64,000 nt of DNA from Trueperaceae bacterium (GCA_965213925.1 OZ243927.1:2080001-2144000), one strand, 5' to 3'. Shown: positions 47,888-57,916, counted from the first letter of the stretch. Numbers and translations: made by a program. The notes: generated from the letters alone by a model not told the origin.

Positions 47888-49717
47888 ATGGCGTCACGCT
47901 CATTTCAGGAGGATAAAAGAGGTGAGGGCGAGCGCATTCCCTTCTACCGTAACGTCAAGCTCATCGGCGTTATCGCGCAGGTTATCTTCGTGCTCCTGCT
48001 TATCGCTGCGGGATACATCCTCTACAACAACGTAACCACCGCGCTCGACCGTTCGAACTTACCTGCGGACTTTGGCTTTTTAGATGCGCGGGCGGGCGTG
48101 CCCATTGCGGAGACGCCAATCCAATATGAGCCGAGCGATTCCTACGGGCGGGCGCTTATCGTAGGCGTTTTGAACACCTTGCGTGTGGCGCTCGTCGGCG
48201 TGGTACTCACGACGCTTCTAGGAATTTTGGTCGGGGTGATGCGGCTCTCCAGCAACTGGCTCATGCGCCAAATTGCCACCGTCTATATCGAAGCGATTCG
48301 CAACACGCCCCTAGCGGTCCAGCTCGTCTTCTGGTTCACCGCCGTACTCGTGCCGATCCCGCCACGCATCTCGAACCCGGTAGATTTGCCGGGGGGAATC
48401 TATTTTAGTCAGGTCGGCTTAGCGTTACCCTGGCTCTATCCGTCGTACAGCTTCTCGAGTTGGCTCCCTTGGCTCGTCGCGGCGTCCGTCGTGCTCGTCG
48501 CGTTCTACCTCTTTCGGCGCAGACAGATCGAGCGCTCGGAGCGCCCCGGCAACGCCTGGCTCTGGCCGCTCCTCTCGGCAGTCGGTATTGCTGTGGTTGG
48601 CTATATCGTCGTGACCTTCACGACGGGGTTGCCTGAAAACCTCGCTACCGACTTCCAAGCCAACCGGGGGCGCGGCGTCGTGTTCGCCGACAGCAACGAC
48701 AACGGCTCGCGCGACGCTGGTGAGCCGGTCGTCCCTTACGCTGTAGCCCGCGTCAACGTCGAGGAAGGCACGCTGACCACCAACACCCAGAACTTCGTCG
48801 AGTCGCGCAGCTTTGTCAACAGCACCTTCCGCTTCCCCGCGATCGAAAATATCGAGGTGGGCGAGGCTGAACTCTCTTTCACCAACCCGGAGCAGGCTGA
48901 AGGATTAGCCATTCACACGCTCAACTACCCGAGCACGGGCATCGTTTACGAGGATAGAAACGGCAACAGCGAGTACGACGAGGGCGAGGAGGTGGGCGCT
49001 GAGGGCGCGGGCTTCGGAAACGTCGGCGTCACCTTGCAAGTTGAAGACTTTACCCGCCGCATCGTCGCGGATAGAGGCGGGCAAATTCGCATCCCTATCT
49101 TCGAAGGGGCGCAAGCCGAAGGCGAGGGCGGAGAGGAAAGCGCTAGCAGTTCGCAAGGCGGCGGAGGTGGACTTGGCTCGCTCTTCAACCGCTCGAGCGG
49201 CGGCGGCTCGAACGCCGTAGACGCGAGCGTAGAACTCCAAGCCACCGCACCGCTCGTCCTGAGCTTCCCGAGCGTCCCGCGCGGCAACTACGTCGGTGGC
49301 ATCAGCCTCTCGGCGGCGTACTTGGCGCTCCTTATAGGACTCGTCGTCTACACGGCGAGCTTCATCGCGGAGATCGTGCGTGGCGGCATCCAAGCGGTGC
49401 CCAAAGGTCAGCGCGAAGCCGCCAAAGCTGTAGGTCTCAGCAACTTCCAGACCTTCCGTCTCATCGTCTTCCCGCAAGCGTTGCGCATCATCCTGCCGCC
49501 GATGATCAGCCAATACCTCAACCTGACCAAAAACTCGTCCCTGGCGATTCTCGTCACCTTTCAGGACTTCTTCTCGATCAGCAACATCGTCGCGAACCAA
49601 ACCGGCGCGGCGATCCCCGTGATTCTTATCGTGATTGGTGGGTACCTCATTATCAGCTTGACGTTTGCGTTTATCCTCAATATCGTCAACGAGCGCATGG
49701 CGCTAGTGGAGCGCTAA
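47888..49717 (+). CDS. aapQ: Amino acid ABC permease AapQ/BztB with large extracytoplasmic insertion
   Basis: FGFL...AG, NTL.V, RLS.NWL, RNTPL, AEIVRGGI.AV.KGQ.EAA and QYLNLTKNSSLA motifs; 609 aa. Confidence 0.9.
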   Translation: MASRSFQEDKRGEGERIPFYRNVKLIGVIAQVIFVLLLIAAGYILYNNVTTALDRSNLPADFGFLDARAGVPIAETPIQYEPSDSYGRALIVGVLNTLRVALVGVVLTTLLGILVGVMRLSSNWLMRQIATVYIEAIRNTPLAVQLVFWFTAVLVPIPPRISNPVDLPGGIYFSQVGLALPWLYPSYSFSSWLPWLVAASVVLVAFYLFRRRQIERSERPGNAWLWPLLSAVGIAVVGYIVVTFTTGLPENLATDFQANRGRGVVFADSNDNGSRDAGEPVVPYAVARVNVEEGTLTTNTQNFVESRSFVNSTFRFPAIENIEVGEAELSFTNPEQAEGLAIHTLNYPSTGIVYEDRNGNSEYDEGEEVGAEGAGFGNVGVTLQVEDFTRRIVADRGGQIRIPIFEGAQAEGEGGEESASSSQGGGGGLGSLFNRSSGGGSNAVDASVELQATAPLVLSFPSVPRGNYVGGISLSAAYLALLIGLVVYTASFIAEIVRGGIQAVPKGQREAAKAVGLSNFQTFRLIVFPQALRIILPPMISQYLNLTKNSSLAILVTFQDFFSISNIVANQTGAAIPVILIVIGGYLIISLTFAFILNIVNERMALVER

Positions 49718-49718
49718 G

Positions 49719-50936
49719 ATGGCGACCTCGCGTAAGCCCCCTACCGGGACAACAGGCGTCGCAGGTTGGTTGCGCGGCAACCTCTTCAATTCGGTGGTCG
49801 ACTCCATTATCACGGTGGTCATGGGCGTACTCATCGTTTGGACGATGTATAACTTTCTGACCTGGGCGTTCTACGCCGCGTCGTGGCAGCAAGTCTGGAA
49901 CAACCTCAAGCTCTTCTCCATCTACCGCTACCCCTTCGACCTCCTGTGGCGTCCGATTTTCGTGATCGGTCTGCTCATGGGTCTTTTAGGGTTTTCGGCA
50001 ACAGCCATTCAAGAAAGTGTCAGTAAAATCTTGAAGGGCGCGTTCTGGCAGTTTTTCGCGCTGCTCGCGCTCATCACAGTGGTCGCGTTCATTACGGGCT
50101 GGGGTGTGCAGGGGTGGTGGCTCGCGGCGAGCGCTCTAGCCCTTGCCGGATATTTCGGCGGGCGCGCCGCGCCTTCACTTGCCGGAACGGTGCCCTGGCT
50201 CTGGCTCGGCGCGCTGGTCATCGCCTTTTTTCTTCTCTACGGTGCGCCGGGCGTGCGCTCCGGTGCGCTGCACGTCGTGCCTGTGCGCGAATGGGGCGGC
50301 ATCATCCTCACGTTTATCCTCACGACGGGCGTTATCGTGAGCTTTCCGCTGGGCGTCGCCTTGGCGCTCGGGCGGCGCAGCAAGCTGCCCGCTATCAAGT
50401 ACTTCTGCATCGGCTTCATCGAGCTGATACGCGGCGCACCGCTTATCTCCTGGCTCTTCATCGCCGCGCTTTTGGTGCCGCTCATTCTTAACATCGATAC
50501 AGCCAGCATCAGCGGTCTCGTGAAAGCGTACGTCGCCGTGACGCTCTTCTCGGCGGCGTACATGGCGGAGAACGTGCGCGGCGGTTTGCAGTCGGTGCCG
50601 AAAGGTCAGCCGGAGGCGGCGAGGGCGCTCGGGCTTTCAGGCTGGCAGACGACGCGCCTCATCGTCTTACCGCAAGCCCTCAAAGCGGTGATTCCTGCGA
50701 TTGTCGGGCAAGCCATCGGGCTCTTCAAGGACACCTCGCTCGTTTTTATCGTCGCCTTGTTCGACGTATTTAACGTGCATAACATCGTCGCCAACCAGGT
50801 CGCCTCGAGGGAGATTACGGGCGGCATCCGGCTCGAGCTATCCCTCTTCCTCGCCGTCTTCTACTTCTTCTTCGCCTTCCGCATGAGCTTGGCAAGTCGG
50901 CAGTTGGAGGAGCAGCTTGGAGTCGGAACGAGGTAG
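49719..50936 (+). CDS. aapM: Amino acid ABC permease AapM/BztC
   Basis: WLRGNLF, WGG, LALGRRS.LP, AYMAENVRGGLQ and LFKDTSL motifs. Confidence 0.92.
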   Translation: MATSRKPPTGTTGVAGWLRGNLFNSVVDSIITVVMGVLIVWTMYNFLTWAFYAASWQQVWNNLKLFSIYRYPFDLLWRPIFVIGLLMGLLGFSATAIQESVSKILKGAFWQFFALLALITVVAFITGWGVQGWWLAASALALAGYFGGRAAPSLAGTVPWLWLGALVIAFFLLYGAPGVRSGALHVVPVREWGGIILTFILTTGVIVSFPLGVALALGRRSKLPAIKYFCIGFIELIRGAPLISWLFIAALLVPLILNIDTASISGLVKAYVAVTLFSAAYMAENVRGGLQSVPKGQPEAARALGLSGWQTTRLIVLPQALKAVIPAIVGQAIGLFKDTSLVFIVALFDVFNVHNIVANQVASREITGGIRLELSLFLAVFYFFFAFRMSLASRQLEEQLGVGTR

Positions 50937-50978
50937 GAAGGAACGGATACGTTTTCATCAAGGAAAGGATTGAGAGAA

Positions 50979-51029
50979 AAGGACTGAGGACTGAGCAAAA
51001 CTTTTCTCTTTCTCAGTCCTTAGTCCCTT
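50979..51029. repeat. Short inverted heptamer-repeat hairpin (AGGACTG x2 / CAGTCCT-like x2)
   Basis: AAGGACTGAGGACTGAG ... CTCAGTCCTTAGTCCCTT, between aapM and aapP. Confidence 0.55.
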
Positions 51030-51089
51030 CGCCTTTGGCGAAAACTTCGTAACAGTCCTCTCAACTTTTTTCCTGAAAGGAATACCATT

Positions 51090-51875
51090 ATGGCAACCGC
51101 TTACAGTTCTCTCGCCAAAAACGCCGCCCACGCCCCCGAAGATGGGGAGCGTATCATCGAAGTTGAAGGGCTCAACAAGTGGTTCGGCGACTTTCACGTG
51201 TTAAAAGACATCGAACTTTCTGTCAACAGGGGAGAGGTCGTCGTGGTGATCGGTCCGTCGGGGTCGGGTAAATCCACCTTGATTCGCTGCATCAACCGTC
51301 TGGAGGAGCACCAAGAGGGCAAAATCTTCGTCGATAAGGTTGAACTCACCGATGATGTGAAGAAAATCGACCAAATCCGCCGCGAGACCGGGATGGTCTT
51401 CCAGCAGTTCAACCTCTTTCCGCACCTGACCGTGATGGAGAACATCACCTTAGCGCCGATTCGCGTGCGCGGCTGGAAGAAGTCCAAGGCGGAGGAGCGG
51501 GCGCAGTACTTTTTAGGCAAGGTCGGCATTCCCGAACAAGCCAAGAAGTACCCCGGTCAGCTTTCGGGCGGTCAGCAGCAGCGCGTGGCGATTGCGCGGG
51601 CGCTCACAATGGAGCCCAAAGTGATGCTCTTCGACGAGCCCACCTCGGCGCTCGACCCCGAGGTCATCGGTGAAGTTTTAGAGGTCATGGTCAATCTGGC
51701 GCAAGAGGGGATGACAATGGTCGTGGTGACGCACGAGATGGGGTTTGCTCGCGAAGTGGGCAACCGCGTGATTTTCATGGACGCCGGGCAGATTGTGGAA
51801 GTGGGACCGCCCGAGCACTTCTTTACAAATCCGCAAGAGGAGCGGACGAAGTCGTTTTTGTCGAAGATTCTTTAG
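51090..51875 (+). CDS. aapP: Amino acid ABC ATP-binding protein AapP/BztD
   Basis: [43 protein letters not shown] and VTHEMGFA motifs. Confidence 0.95.
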   Translation: MATAYSSLAKNAAHAPEDGERIIEVEGLNKWFGDFHVLKDIELSVNRGEVVVVIGPSGSGKSTLIRCINRLEEHQEGKIFVDKVELTDDVKKIDQIRRETGMVFQQFNLFPHLTVMENITLAPIRVRGWKKSKAEERAQYFLGKVGIPEQAKKYPGQLSGGQQQRVAIARALTMEPKVMLFDEPTSALDPEVIGEVLEVMVNLAQEGMTMVVVTHEMGFAREVGNRVIFMDAGQIVEVGPPEHFFTNPQEERTKSFLSKIL

Positions 51876-51878
51876 ATT

Positions 51879-51983
51879 TTACGCCCAGTGTCTCATACCG
51901 ATGGACGCAGGTGCGGTTGGTTCGAAGCCGAATTGGGCGTATAAATCCTCTGCCTTTCCATCAGCGATGAGGCTGAACAAAAC
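51879..51983 (-). pseudogene. 3'-terminal remnant of a GNAT acetyltransferase
   Basis: The minus strand reads LFSLIADGKAEDLYAQFGFEPTAPASIGMRHWA*, a GNAT motif B (LY..FGF) C-terminus with no start or N-terminal part. Confidence 0.65.
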
Positions 51984-51984
51984 C

Positions 51985-52899
51985 CTAACTGCTTGGACTG
52001 GCTCTTAATGCTTCGGTCGCAAGCATGTCACCTGCATCCCAGAGCATTCGTAACTTGGCAAGAATAGGCAAGCAGTCGCGCTCACCTTTTGTTAAAGGAC
52101 GAAGAGACTCGTAGCCCTGAAAAAAGGCTTTCTGCAGCGCGTCAGGTGCATGATAAAAAGGAACCAAATCATAAGCGCGCCAACCATACCTACAATGGTC
52201 AAAATCAAATAAGGTTACGTGATCGCCTTGAAAGTGCATATTGCCGGGGTGCAAGTCACCATGAATAATGCCGTATTCATCCTTTTCAACGCTTAGACTT
52301 TTTACTGCGTTCACCAAGTCGGGTATGGAAGGTAGAGAGGCGAGAAGCTCTTGTGCTTGGTCACTATTGTCTTTCTCGAGCAATCTCAGCGGTTCATCCA
52401 CGAGATATCTGAGATTCAGATGATAGCGTTCATAGTTTGAAGAAAAGTCATTAGCGGCAAGATGAAAAGCGGCAATCGTTTTCCCTATTTCTAAACTTTC
52501 TTCAACCGTAATAGATTCTTCACTTACTTCTCCGCCTAGAGCAAATGAAAAAAGTGCCGTAGCTCGTTCGCCCAAAGCAGTGGAAGTCCAGCCAAGCAAC
52601 TCACCATTATTCATGCGGATGGGATAAGAAACAGGGATATTTTGTGTCCGTAAATAGTCGAGCAGGTCAAGCTCAAACTGAAAAGCTTCAGGTGAGTCAA
52701 CGTAGTATTTTCCGTTCAAGTATACCCTGAAGATATACCTTTTTTCTCCAGCCGTAAGAAGGTAGTGGTCGTTAAAACCACGTCTGATCAAGGTGCAAGT
52801 TTGTGGTGTATCTAAAGAATAGTTAGTTCGCACAATCTCGAGTACTTCATCTGAATTGAGTAAGGTGTTCATGGATTTACCTACAGAGGATTCAGGCAT
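51985..52899 (-). CDS. APH/homoserine-kinase-type-II-like phosphotransferase
   Basis: GFNDHY, RVY, FELDLL, IIHGDLHPGN and FDFD motifs; markedly lower GC. Start is either ATG 52899 (TAATG overlap) or ATG 52872. Confidence 0.88.
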   Translation of the reverse strand: MPESSVGKSMNTLLNSDEVLEIVRTNYSLDTPQTCTLIRRGFNDHYLLTAGEKRYIFRVYLNGKYYVDSPEAFQFELDLLDYLRTQNIPVSYPIRMNNGELLGWTSTALGERATALFSFALGGEVSEESITVEESLEIGKTIAAFHLAANDFSSNYERYHLNLRYLVDEPLRLLEKDNSDQAQELLASLPSIPDLVNAVKSLSVEKDEYGIIHGDLHPGNMHFQGDHVTLFDFDHCRYGWRAYDLVPFYHAPDALQKAFFQGYESLRPLTKGERDCLPILAKLRMLWDAGDMLATEALRASPSS

Positions 52900-53114
52900 T
52901 ACGCATCTTTGCCGAGCCAAAACTCGTCTGGGAGCGGCTCGTCAAAATCGTCACTCGTAATCGTTTGACCTTCGTGTAATCCTGCGACGCGAGCGGCTTG
53001 GCGTGAGACTTGCTCACCCCGCTTCTCGAGCAAAAACGCCGCAAAGTCGTAAACTTCCCGTTGCAGCTTGGCGGGCAGTTGGTCGATGAGGGTGTGTAGG
53101 CTCGAGCTATCCAT
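52899..53114 (-). CDS. DUF2281-like protein (putative VapB-type antitoxin)
   Basis: IDQLP..LQREVYDFAAFL and G...G.....SDDFDEPLPDEFW; leaderless TAAAAT-N6-ATG. Confidence 0.8.
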   Translation of the reverse strand: MDSSSLHTLIDQLPAKLQREVYDFAAFLLEKRGEQVSRQAARVAGLHEGQTITSDDFDEPLPDEFWLGKDA

Positions 53115-53190
53115 AAGGCTATTTTACCTCTTTCCACCCACCTATTACGCTTTCGGAGCGTCTAACTTGAGGGCGACGCGCAACGTTTAG

Positions 53191-53460
53191 TTAAGGCGCA
53201 GACTGAGACGAAGACGACTCATCAGGAATAAGCTCAATCAGCCCTCGTAGGGCTTTATTCACAGCCTCTGATGTAGGAAAGTACTTGCGCACGTCAGGGT
53301 CTAATTCAATCGCGGGTGCAATAGTTTCTTCGGTGACTGTACCATCAGTTTGACGAATTCTTACCGTTTGTGGCTGTCCAATCAGATGCTGATGTTTACC
53401 TCTTACACCTTGTGAGAAATCATAGTGGTCGCGCATCGTATTATCGGCTTCCTTGCTCAT
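53191..53460 (-). CDS. BrnA-like antitoxin
   Basis: MRDHYDFSQGVRGK and LDPDV..YF.TSEAVN.ALR.L; overlaps the 3' end of brnT. Confidence 0.8.
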   Translation of the reverse strand: MSKEADNTMRDHYDFSQGVRGKHQHLIGQPQTVRIRQTDGTVTEETIAPAIELDPDVRKYFPTSEAVNKALRGLIELIPDESSSSQSAP

Positions 53461-53722
53461 AGATTCTCCTTTCTTGTATATTGGCTCTGCGGCAGCTAAT
53501 GATGCGAATAATATCTAAACGCTCAGCATAAACAACAATTAGAACATGGCGTTTGGCAAATCCCAAAAGCACAAAGCGTTCCTCTTCAATGGAGTGGTCC
53601 GGGTCGGGTAAGGTGATGTTGAACGGGTCTAAGAATGCTAATCGTGCTTCATCAAAGGAAACGCCATGTTTTTGCTGATTGGAGGTGTTTTTATCAGCAT
53701 CCCATTCAAAGATTGGCGTCAC
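53441..53722 (-). CDS. brnT: BrnT (DUF497) family ribonuclease toxin
   Basis: FEWD..KN..N..KHGVSF.EA, DHS..EERF..LG and IRIIS.R.A...ER..Y motifs; leaderless TATAAT-N6-GTG. Confidence 0.93.
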   Translation of the reverse strand: MTPIFEWDADKNTSNQQKHGVSFDEARLAFLDPFNITLPDPDHSIEEERFVLLGFAKRHVLIVVYAERLDIIRIISCRRANIQERRIYEQGSR

Positions 53723-53935
53723 AAGGTGATTATACCGCTTAGAGGTACAAAATAGGCGAGCTTTATTTATATTTCACGAAGCTCACGCTTAAACTAAGAC
53801 CGTCACATCAAATTAACAGTACAATTCGCAAATCATTAACGCTCGTATTTATCGTCCCTACTTTTGAAGCGCGTTTCGCTCCCTAAATAGCCGTGATGTC
53901 GTACCTTTGTTATATTCGGCAGGAGCGTTCACCGC

Positions 53936-54670
53936 CTACGCGCCGACGAACCGTCCCTCTTGTACCCTTTCCACAAACGCTCTAAAGGGCGCAGCGTGCT
54001 CCGGGTAGTGCCCAAAGCTCATCTCGGGGTGCCACTGCACGCCTACGACGTAATGCTGTGAGGTGCTCTCGATCGCCTCGACCACGCCGTCGCTGCTTCT
54101 CGCGGTGACGCGCAAGTCTTCGCCCAAACGTTCGACGGCTTGGTGGTGGTACGAGTTGGTGCGGATGATGTTGGAGCCGAACGCGCGGGCGAGGTGCGAG
54201 TCGGGCTCCAGCCTCACCCCGTGCGAAGGCGCACCGCCGATGTTGGTTTGCTCGTGTTGGATGGCGTTTTCCAGGTCGGGCACGTGTTGGTGCAAAGTGC
54301 CACCTTGCGCCACGTTGACGAGCTGGATGCCTCGGCAAATCCCTAAAACGGGCAAGTTTCGCGCTTTGGCGGCGCGGTATAAGGCAAGCTCGAAGTGGTC
54401 TCTGGACGGGTCCACAACGCCCAACTCCGGGTGCGGCTCCGCGCCGTAAAAGCCGGGATCAACGTCGATGCCGCCCGTGAAAAGGACGCCGTCCGCGCTC
54501 TCGACAAACGCTTCAGCTATATCCGGTTCCAGGTTGCTTGCGAACAGGGGGAGCCCGCCCGCTTGCGCGACGGCTTCGGCGTAGTTTTGTCCGCCGACGG
54601 AGTCGGTGCGGCGCAAGCTGTGGTTACGGAAGCTCGAGGCGGTCGTGATGAGAATACGAGGGCGCGTCAT
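53936..54670 (-). CDS. Peptidase C26 / gamma-glutamyl-GABA hydrolase-like glutamine amidotransferase
   Basis: TGG.DVDP..YG, RD.FE, GICRG.Q, NSYHHQA and GVQWHPE motifs. Confidence 0.93.
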   Translation of the reverse strand: MTRPRILITTASSFRNHSLRRTDSVGGQNYAEAVAQAGGLPLFASNLEPDIAEAFVESADGVLFTGGIDVDPGFYGAEPHPELGVVDPSRDHFELALYRAAKARNLPVLGICRGIQLVNVAQGGTLHQHVPDLENAIQHEQTNIGGAPSHGVRLEPDSHLARAFGSNIIRTNSYHHQAVERLGEDLRVTARSSDGVVEAIESTSQHYVVGVQWHPEMSFGHYPEHAAPFRAFVERVQEGRFVGA

Positions 54671-54779
54671 CTGCGTAGCTTATCAAGTTGAGAAAGGGTC
54701 GAACGTGTCCAACCGAACAGCCTTCTTAGGCGAGATGGAGAATTGAAATTCTTTACGTCTCAGCCTGGGACTCGAACCC

Positions 54780-55520
54780 TCAGGCGGTGAGGATCATCGG
54801 TCTGCCCTTTGTGATCACGACCGTATGCTCGAAGTGCGCGGTGAGGCTGCCGTCCCTCGTGCCGACCGTCCAGCCGTCTGCTCTCGTCTGAACGCGACCT
54901 GGATTCACCGACACCATTGGTTCGACCGCGAGCACTAAGCCGCTCGTGAGCGGCGCGCGGTCTTGGGCGCGGTAAAAGTTGAGCACCGAGGGCTCCTCGT
55001 GAATCGTGCGCCCCAAGCTGTGACCGGACAGTTCGCGGATGACGTGGAAGCCGCGCCGCTTGACCTCCCTCTCGACGGCTCGCCCGATGGCGTGGAGCGG
55101 TCTGCCTGCTCTAGCGACCTTCATCGCAGACCAAAAAGCGGCTTCGGCGCAGGCGGTGAGGGCTTTCGTGTGTTCCTCGGCGGGCGGCACGACCACGGTG
55201 ACGGCGGCGTCCGCGATAAAGCCCGCGACGAACGGCGTCACGTCGAGCTTGACCACATCGTTCGCGCGGAGCGGTCGCAGCGTCGGCAGCCCGTGCACGA
55301 CGTCGTCATTGACCGAGATAAAGGCGTGGACGGGCGCGCCGTAGACGAGGCGCGGCGCGGAAACCGCGCCATGTTTGGCGAAGACGCCGCTGCAGAGCGC
55401 GTCGAGTTCGGCGGGCGTCACGCCTGACCTTATAGCCTCTTTCATCGCCCGCAGCGCCTCGGCGACCACTGCGCCCGCACGTTTCATCGCCTTGAGTTCA
55501 GCTTCTGTGCCGATAGACAT
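54780..55520 (-). CDS. map: Type I methionyl aminopeptidase
   Basis: ISVND.VVHG.P, KLDV, IADAA.T, GHS.G..IHEEP, AVEPMV and AHFEHT motifs. Confidence 0.94.
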   Translation of the reverse strand: MSIGTEAELKAMKRAGAVVAEALRAMKEAIRSGVTPAELDALCSGVFAKHGAVSAPRLVYGAPVHAFISVNDDVVHGLPTLRPLRANDVVKLDVTPFVAGFIADAAVTVVVPPAEEHTKALTACAEAAFWSAMKVARAGRPLHAIGRAVEREVKRRGFHVIRELSGHSLGRTIHEEPSVLNFYRAQDRAPLTSGLVLAVEPMVSVNPGRVQTRADGWTVGTRDGSLTAHFEHTVVITKGRPMILTA

Positions 55521-55554
55521 CGTCTCTCCTCAATTTCGTTAGGCGTTGGGCTCT

Positions 55555-56022
55555 TTAGGCGTTCGGTCTCAGCAGATGCTCCAAGCAGGGTTGATAGGTC
55601 ACGCCCTGCCTGAAGTCCGCTGCAAGGTCCTCTATCGTCACCTCCGAAAGCGCCGCTAGGAGCGCGTCCCGGACGCGCTGCCAGACCGAGGTGCGGGCGT
55701 GGCAGCGCTCCTCCTCCTTACACGGCTCGTGCCAGTTAAGGCTGACGCACGAGAGCGGCGCGACGGGTCCGTCGATCGCCCGCATCACGTCGCGCAGGGT
55801 GATGAGGTGCGCTTCGCGTCTCAGCGCGTAGCCGCCGCCTGTGCCCTTTTTCGAGGCGACGATGTCCTTGGCAGAAAGCTGCGCTAAGATGCGCACCAAA
55901 TAGGGACGCGCTACCCCCGTCGCCTCGCTGATTTCGTCGCTACCGACCCAGCGTCCGGGGGGCTGCGTTCCTAGAAAGCCCAGCGCTTGAAAGGCGTAGA
56001 TGTCCGTCGCGGAAAGCCTCAT
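55555..56022 (-). CDS. Rrf2 family transcriptional regulator with three Cys (Fe-S candidate)
   Basis: YL.RIL..L, SKKG.GGGY.L, IDGP and [16 protein letters not shown] motifs; leaderless TATAAT-N6-ATG at 56022. Confidence 0.92.
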   Translation of the reverse strand: MRLSATDIYAFQALGFLGTQPPGRWVGSDEISEATGVARPYLVRILAQLSAKDIVASKKGTGGGYALRREAHLITLRDVMRAIDGPVAPLSCVSLNWHEPCKEEERCHARTSVWQRVRDALLAALSEVTIEDLAADFRQGVTYQPCLEHLLRPNA

Positions 56023-56136
56023 GGCCGCATTATACGCTGCGAGACGCAACCTGATTTAACGTCTGCTGCAGCGCGCGCCGTCCCCTCGAGTGTTCCGCAC
56101 GAGTCTACCCAGCCCCCCTTAGTTCATTTTCCCAGC

Positions 56137-56594
56137 TCATCCCCTTAGCTCATCCGGGGTCGGCGGCTGAAACCAGTCTAGCCACTCCCTGAGTTTCGCC
56201 TCGGGAATGTAGGCCGCACCCTCTTGCAGTTCGGCGTTTCGCTCCACGAGGCGCGCTAATAGAACTTCTGCAGGCACGTCCAGATAGTGAAGGTCGCTCT
56301 TCGCGCCTAACGCCGCCGCGCGCGCGGTAGTCCTCCCTCTCGCCCCTGCTCCAAAAACCGAAGTCCAGTATCACGTCCACGCCAAGCGTGAGAACGCGCG
56401 CCGCCACCCCCCAGAGCAGGGCTTCGATAAGGTGGTGTCTCGCGTCGTGTTCCGCCTCCATCACATCATGACCGAATAGGCGGACGTGCCACTCGTCGGG
56501 CGTTAAGCGCAGGGCGGAGGCGCTATGCTAGCCCCTTAGCGTACGTCGTCTTGCCCGAGCAGGGGAGACCACAGATGAGGTGAAGCGTCGGCAT
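56137..56594 (-). pseudogene. Frameshifted AAA_33-like P-loop kinase
   Basis: MPTLHLICGLPCSGKTTYAKGLA* / shift / ALRLTPDEWHVRLFG...DVILDFGFWSRGEREDYRAR / shift / AAALGAKSDLHYLDVP...RN...WFQPPTPDELRG*. Confidence 0.85.
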
Positions 56595-56709
56595 AGAACC
56601 ATCTAAACACGTCGGCGAGCAACCGTGACGCTGCAACGCGCGGACACGCCTTCGAGCCCTATATGAAGTTTCTCATGGCGAAGTGGACAAGGTGCGGATA
56701 GGCTTAAAC

Positions 56710-57777
56710 ATGGAGTCCACAAGTCATACCGATGTGCGCGTCGGGGCGCTTCGCCGTACTCAACTGCTTGATACGCCGCCCGAAGCCGCCTTCGACCGCC
56801 TGACCTCTCTGGTCTGTATGCTCCTAAAGGCTCCGGTCTCGCTCGTGTCGCTCGTCGACTCGGACCGACAGTTCTTCAAAAGCGCGAGCGGGCTCGCCGA
56901 GCCGTGGGCGAGCCTCCGAGAAGCGCCCCTGTCGGGCGCGTTCTGTAAACACGTCGTCGACAGCCAAATGCCCCTCTCCGTAGAGGACACCGCCGCACCT
57001 GCGTGGCTCCAGTTCAGCCCCGCGGCCAAAGCGATGAATATCGGCGCGTACTTAGGCGTCCCCCTCTTCACGCCCGAAGGTCAGCCCGTCGGGACGCTCT
57101 GCGCGCTTGACTGCGAGCCGCGGACGTGGTCAGAGCACGACCTCTGCGTGCTCGGCGAACTCGCCGCTATCGCGATGTCAGAAGTCGCGGCGCGGCGCTA
57201 CCGGCTCGAGCGTGACGCTGCTGAGGCGGCGCTCCACCACCTCGCCTACCACGACGCCTTGACGGGTCTTCCTAACCGCGCTTTTCTGCTGCCCTATCTA
57301 ACCCGCGCGCTCGAGCAAGGACGGGCGCGCGCCGTGCTCTTTTTAGACCTCGACGACTTCAAAGCGCTCAACGACTCGCTCGGTCATTCGTTCGGCGACG
57401 AGGTGTTGCAGCGCGTCGCACAGAGGCTGCAGCGTGCGGTCGGGGCGAACGACGTGGTGGCGCGACTCGGCGGCGACGAGTTCGTCGTGGTGCTCACGTC
57501 ACCTCACACGCTGGATACCGCCGCCGCGACCGAGGTGCTCCTCGCCGCCGTCGGTCAACCGCTTTCGTTAGCAGGGCGCGTGATCAAACTCACCGCGAGC
57601 GTCGGGGTGACGACGCCCCGACGCGGCGAGAGCGCCGAAGAGACGCTGCGCCGCGCCGACCTCGCGATGTACGGGTCGAAGCGCAAGGGCAAAGGAACGC
57701 TGAGCTTCTCCCCGCAGCTAGGCGACAGAGACGATAGAGCGGTGGGGCGTCAAAGGCGCTCGGTCTCACGGTGGTAG
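56710..57777 (+). CDS. GAF-GGDEF diguanylate cyclase
   Basis: LLDTPPE.AFDRLT, SLVD.DRQ.FK, FC.H, GTLC, HDALTGLPNR, DLDDFK..ND..GH, RLGGDEF and AD.AMY motifs. Alternative start GTG 56683. Confidence 0.93.
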   Translation: MESTSHTDVRVGALRRTQLLDTPPEAAFDRLTSLVCMLLKAPVSLVSLVDSDRQFFKSASGLAEPWASLREAPLSGAFCKHVVDSQMPLSVEDTAAPAWLQFSPAAKAMNIGAYLGVPLFTPEGQPVGTLCALDCEPRTWSEHDLCVLGELAAIAMSEVAARRYRLERDAAEAALHHLAYHDALTGLPNRAFLLPYLTRALEQGRARAVLFLDLDDFKALNDSLGHSFGDEVLQRVAQRLQRAVGANDVVARLGGDEFVVVLTSPHTLDTAAATEVLLAAVGQPLSLAGRVIKLTASVGVTTPRRGESAEETLRRADLAMYGSKRKGKGTLSFSPQLGDRDDRAVGRQRRSVSRW

Positions 57778-57916
57778 TCGAAGGGGATCGAGACCCCGTG
57801 GTAGCGCGAGTTGGCCTTGGCGGGCTGCGAGGAGGGGCAGGGGTTCTTCTACAGCCGCGCGCTCCGAACAGCGGCGTTCGAACAGCAGTTTTTGACCCCC
57901 CGAGGGTAGGTCGAGG

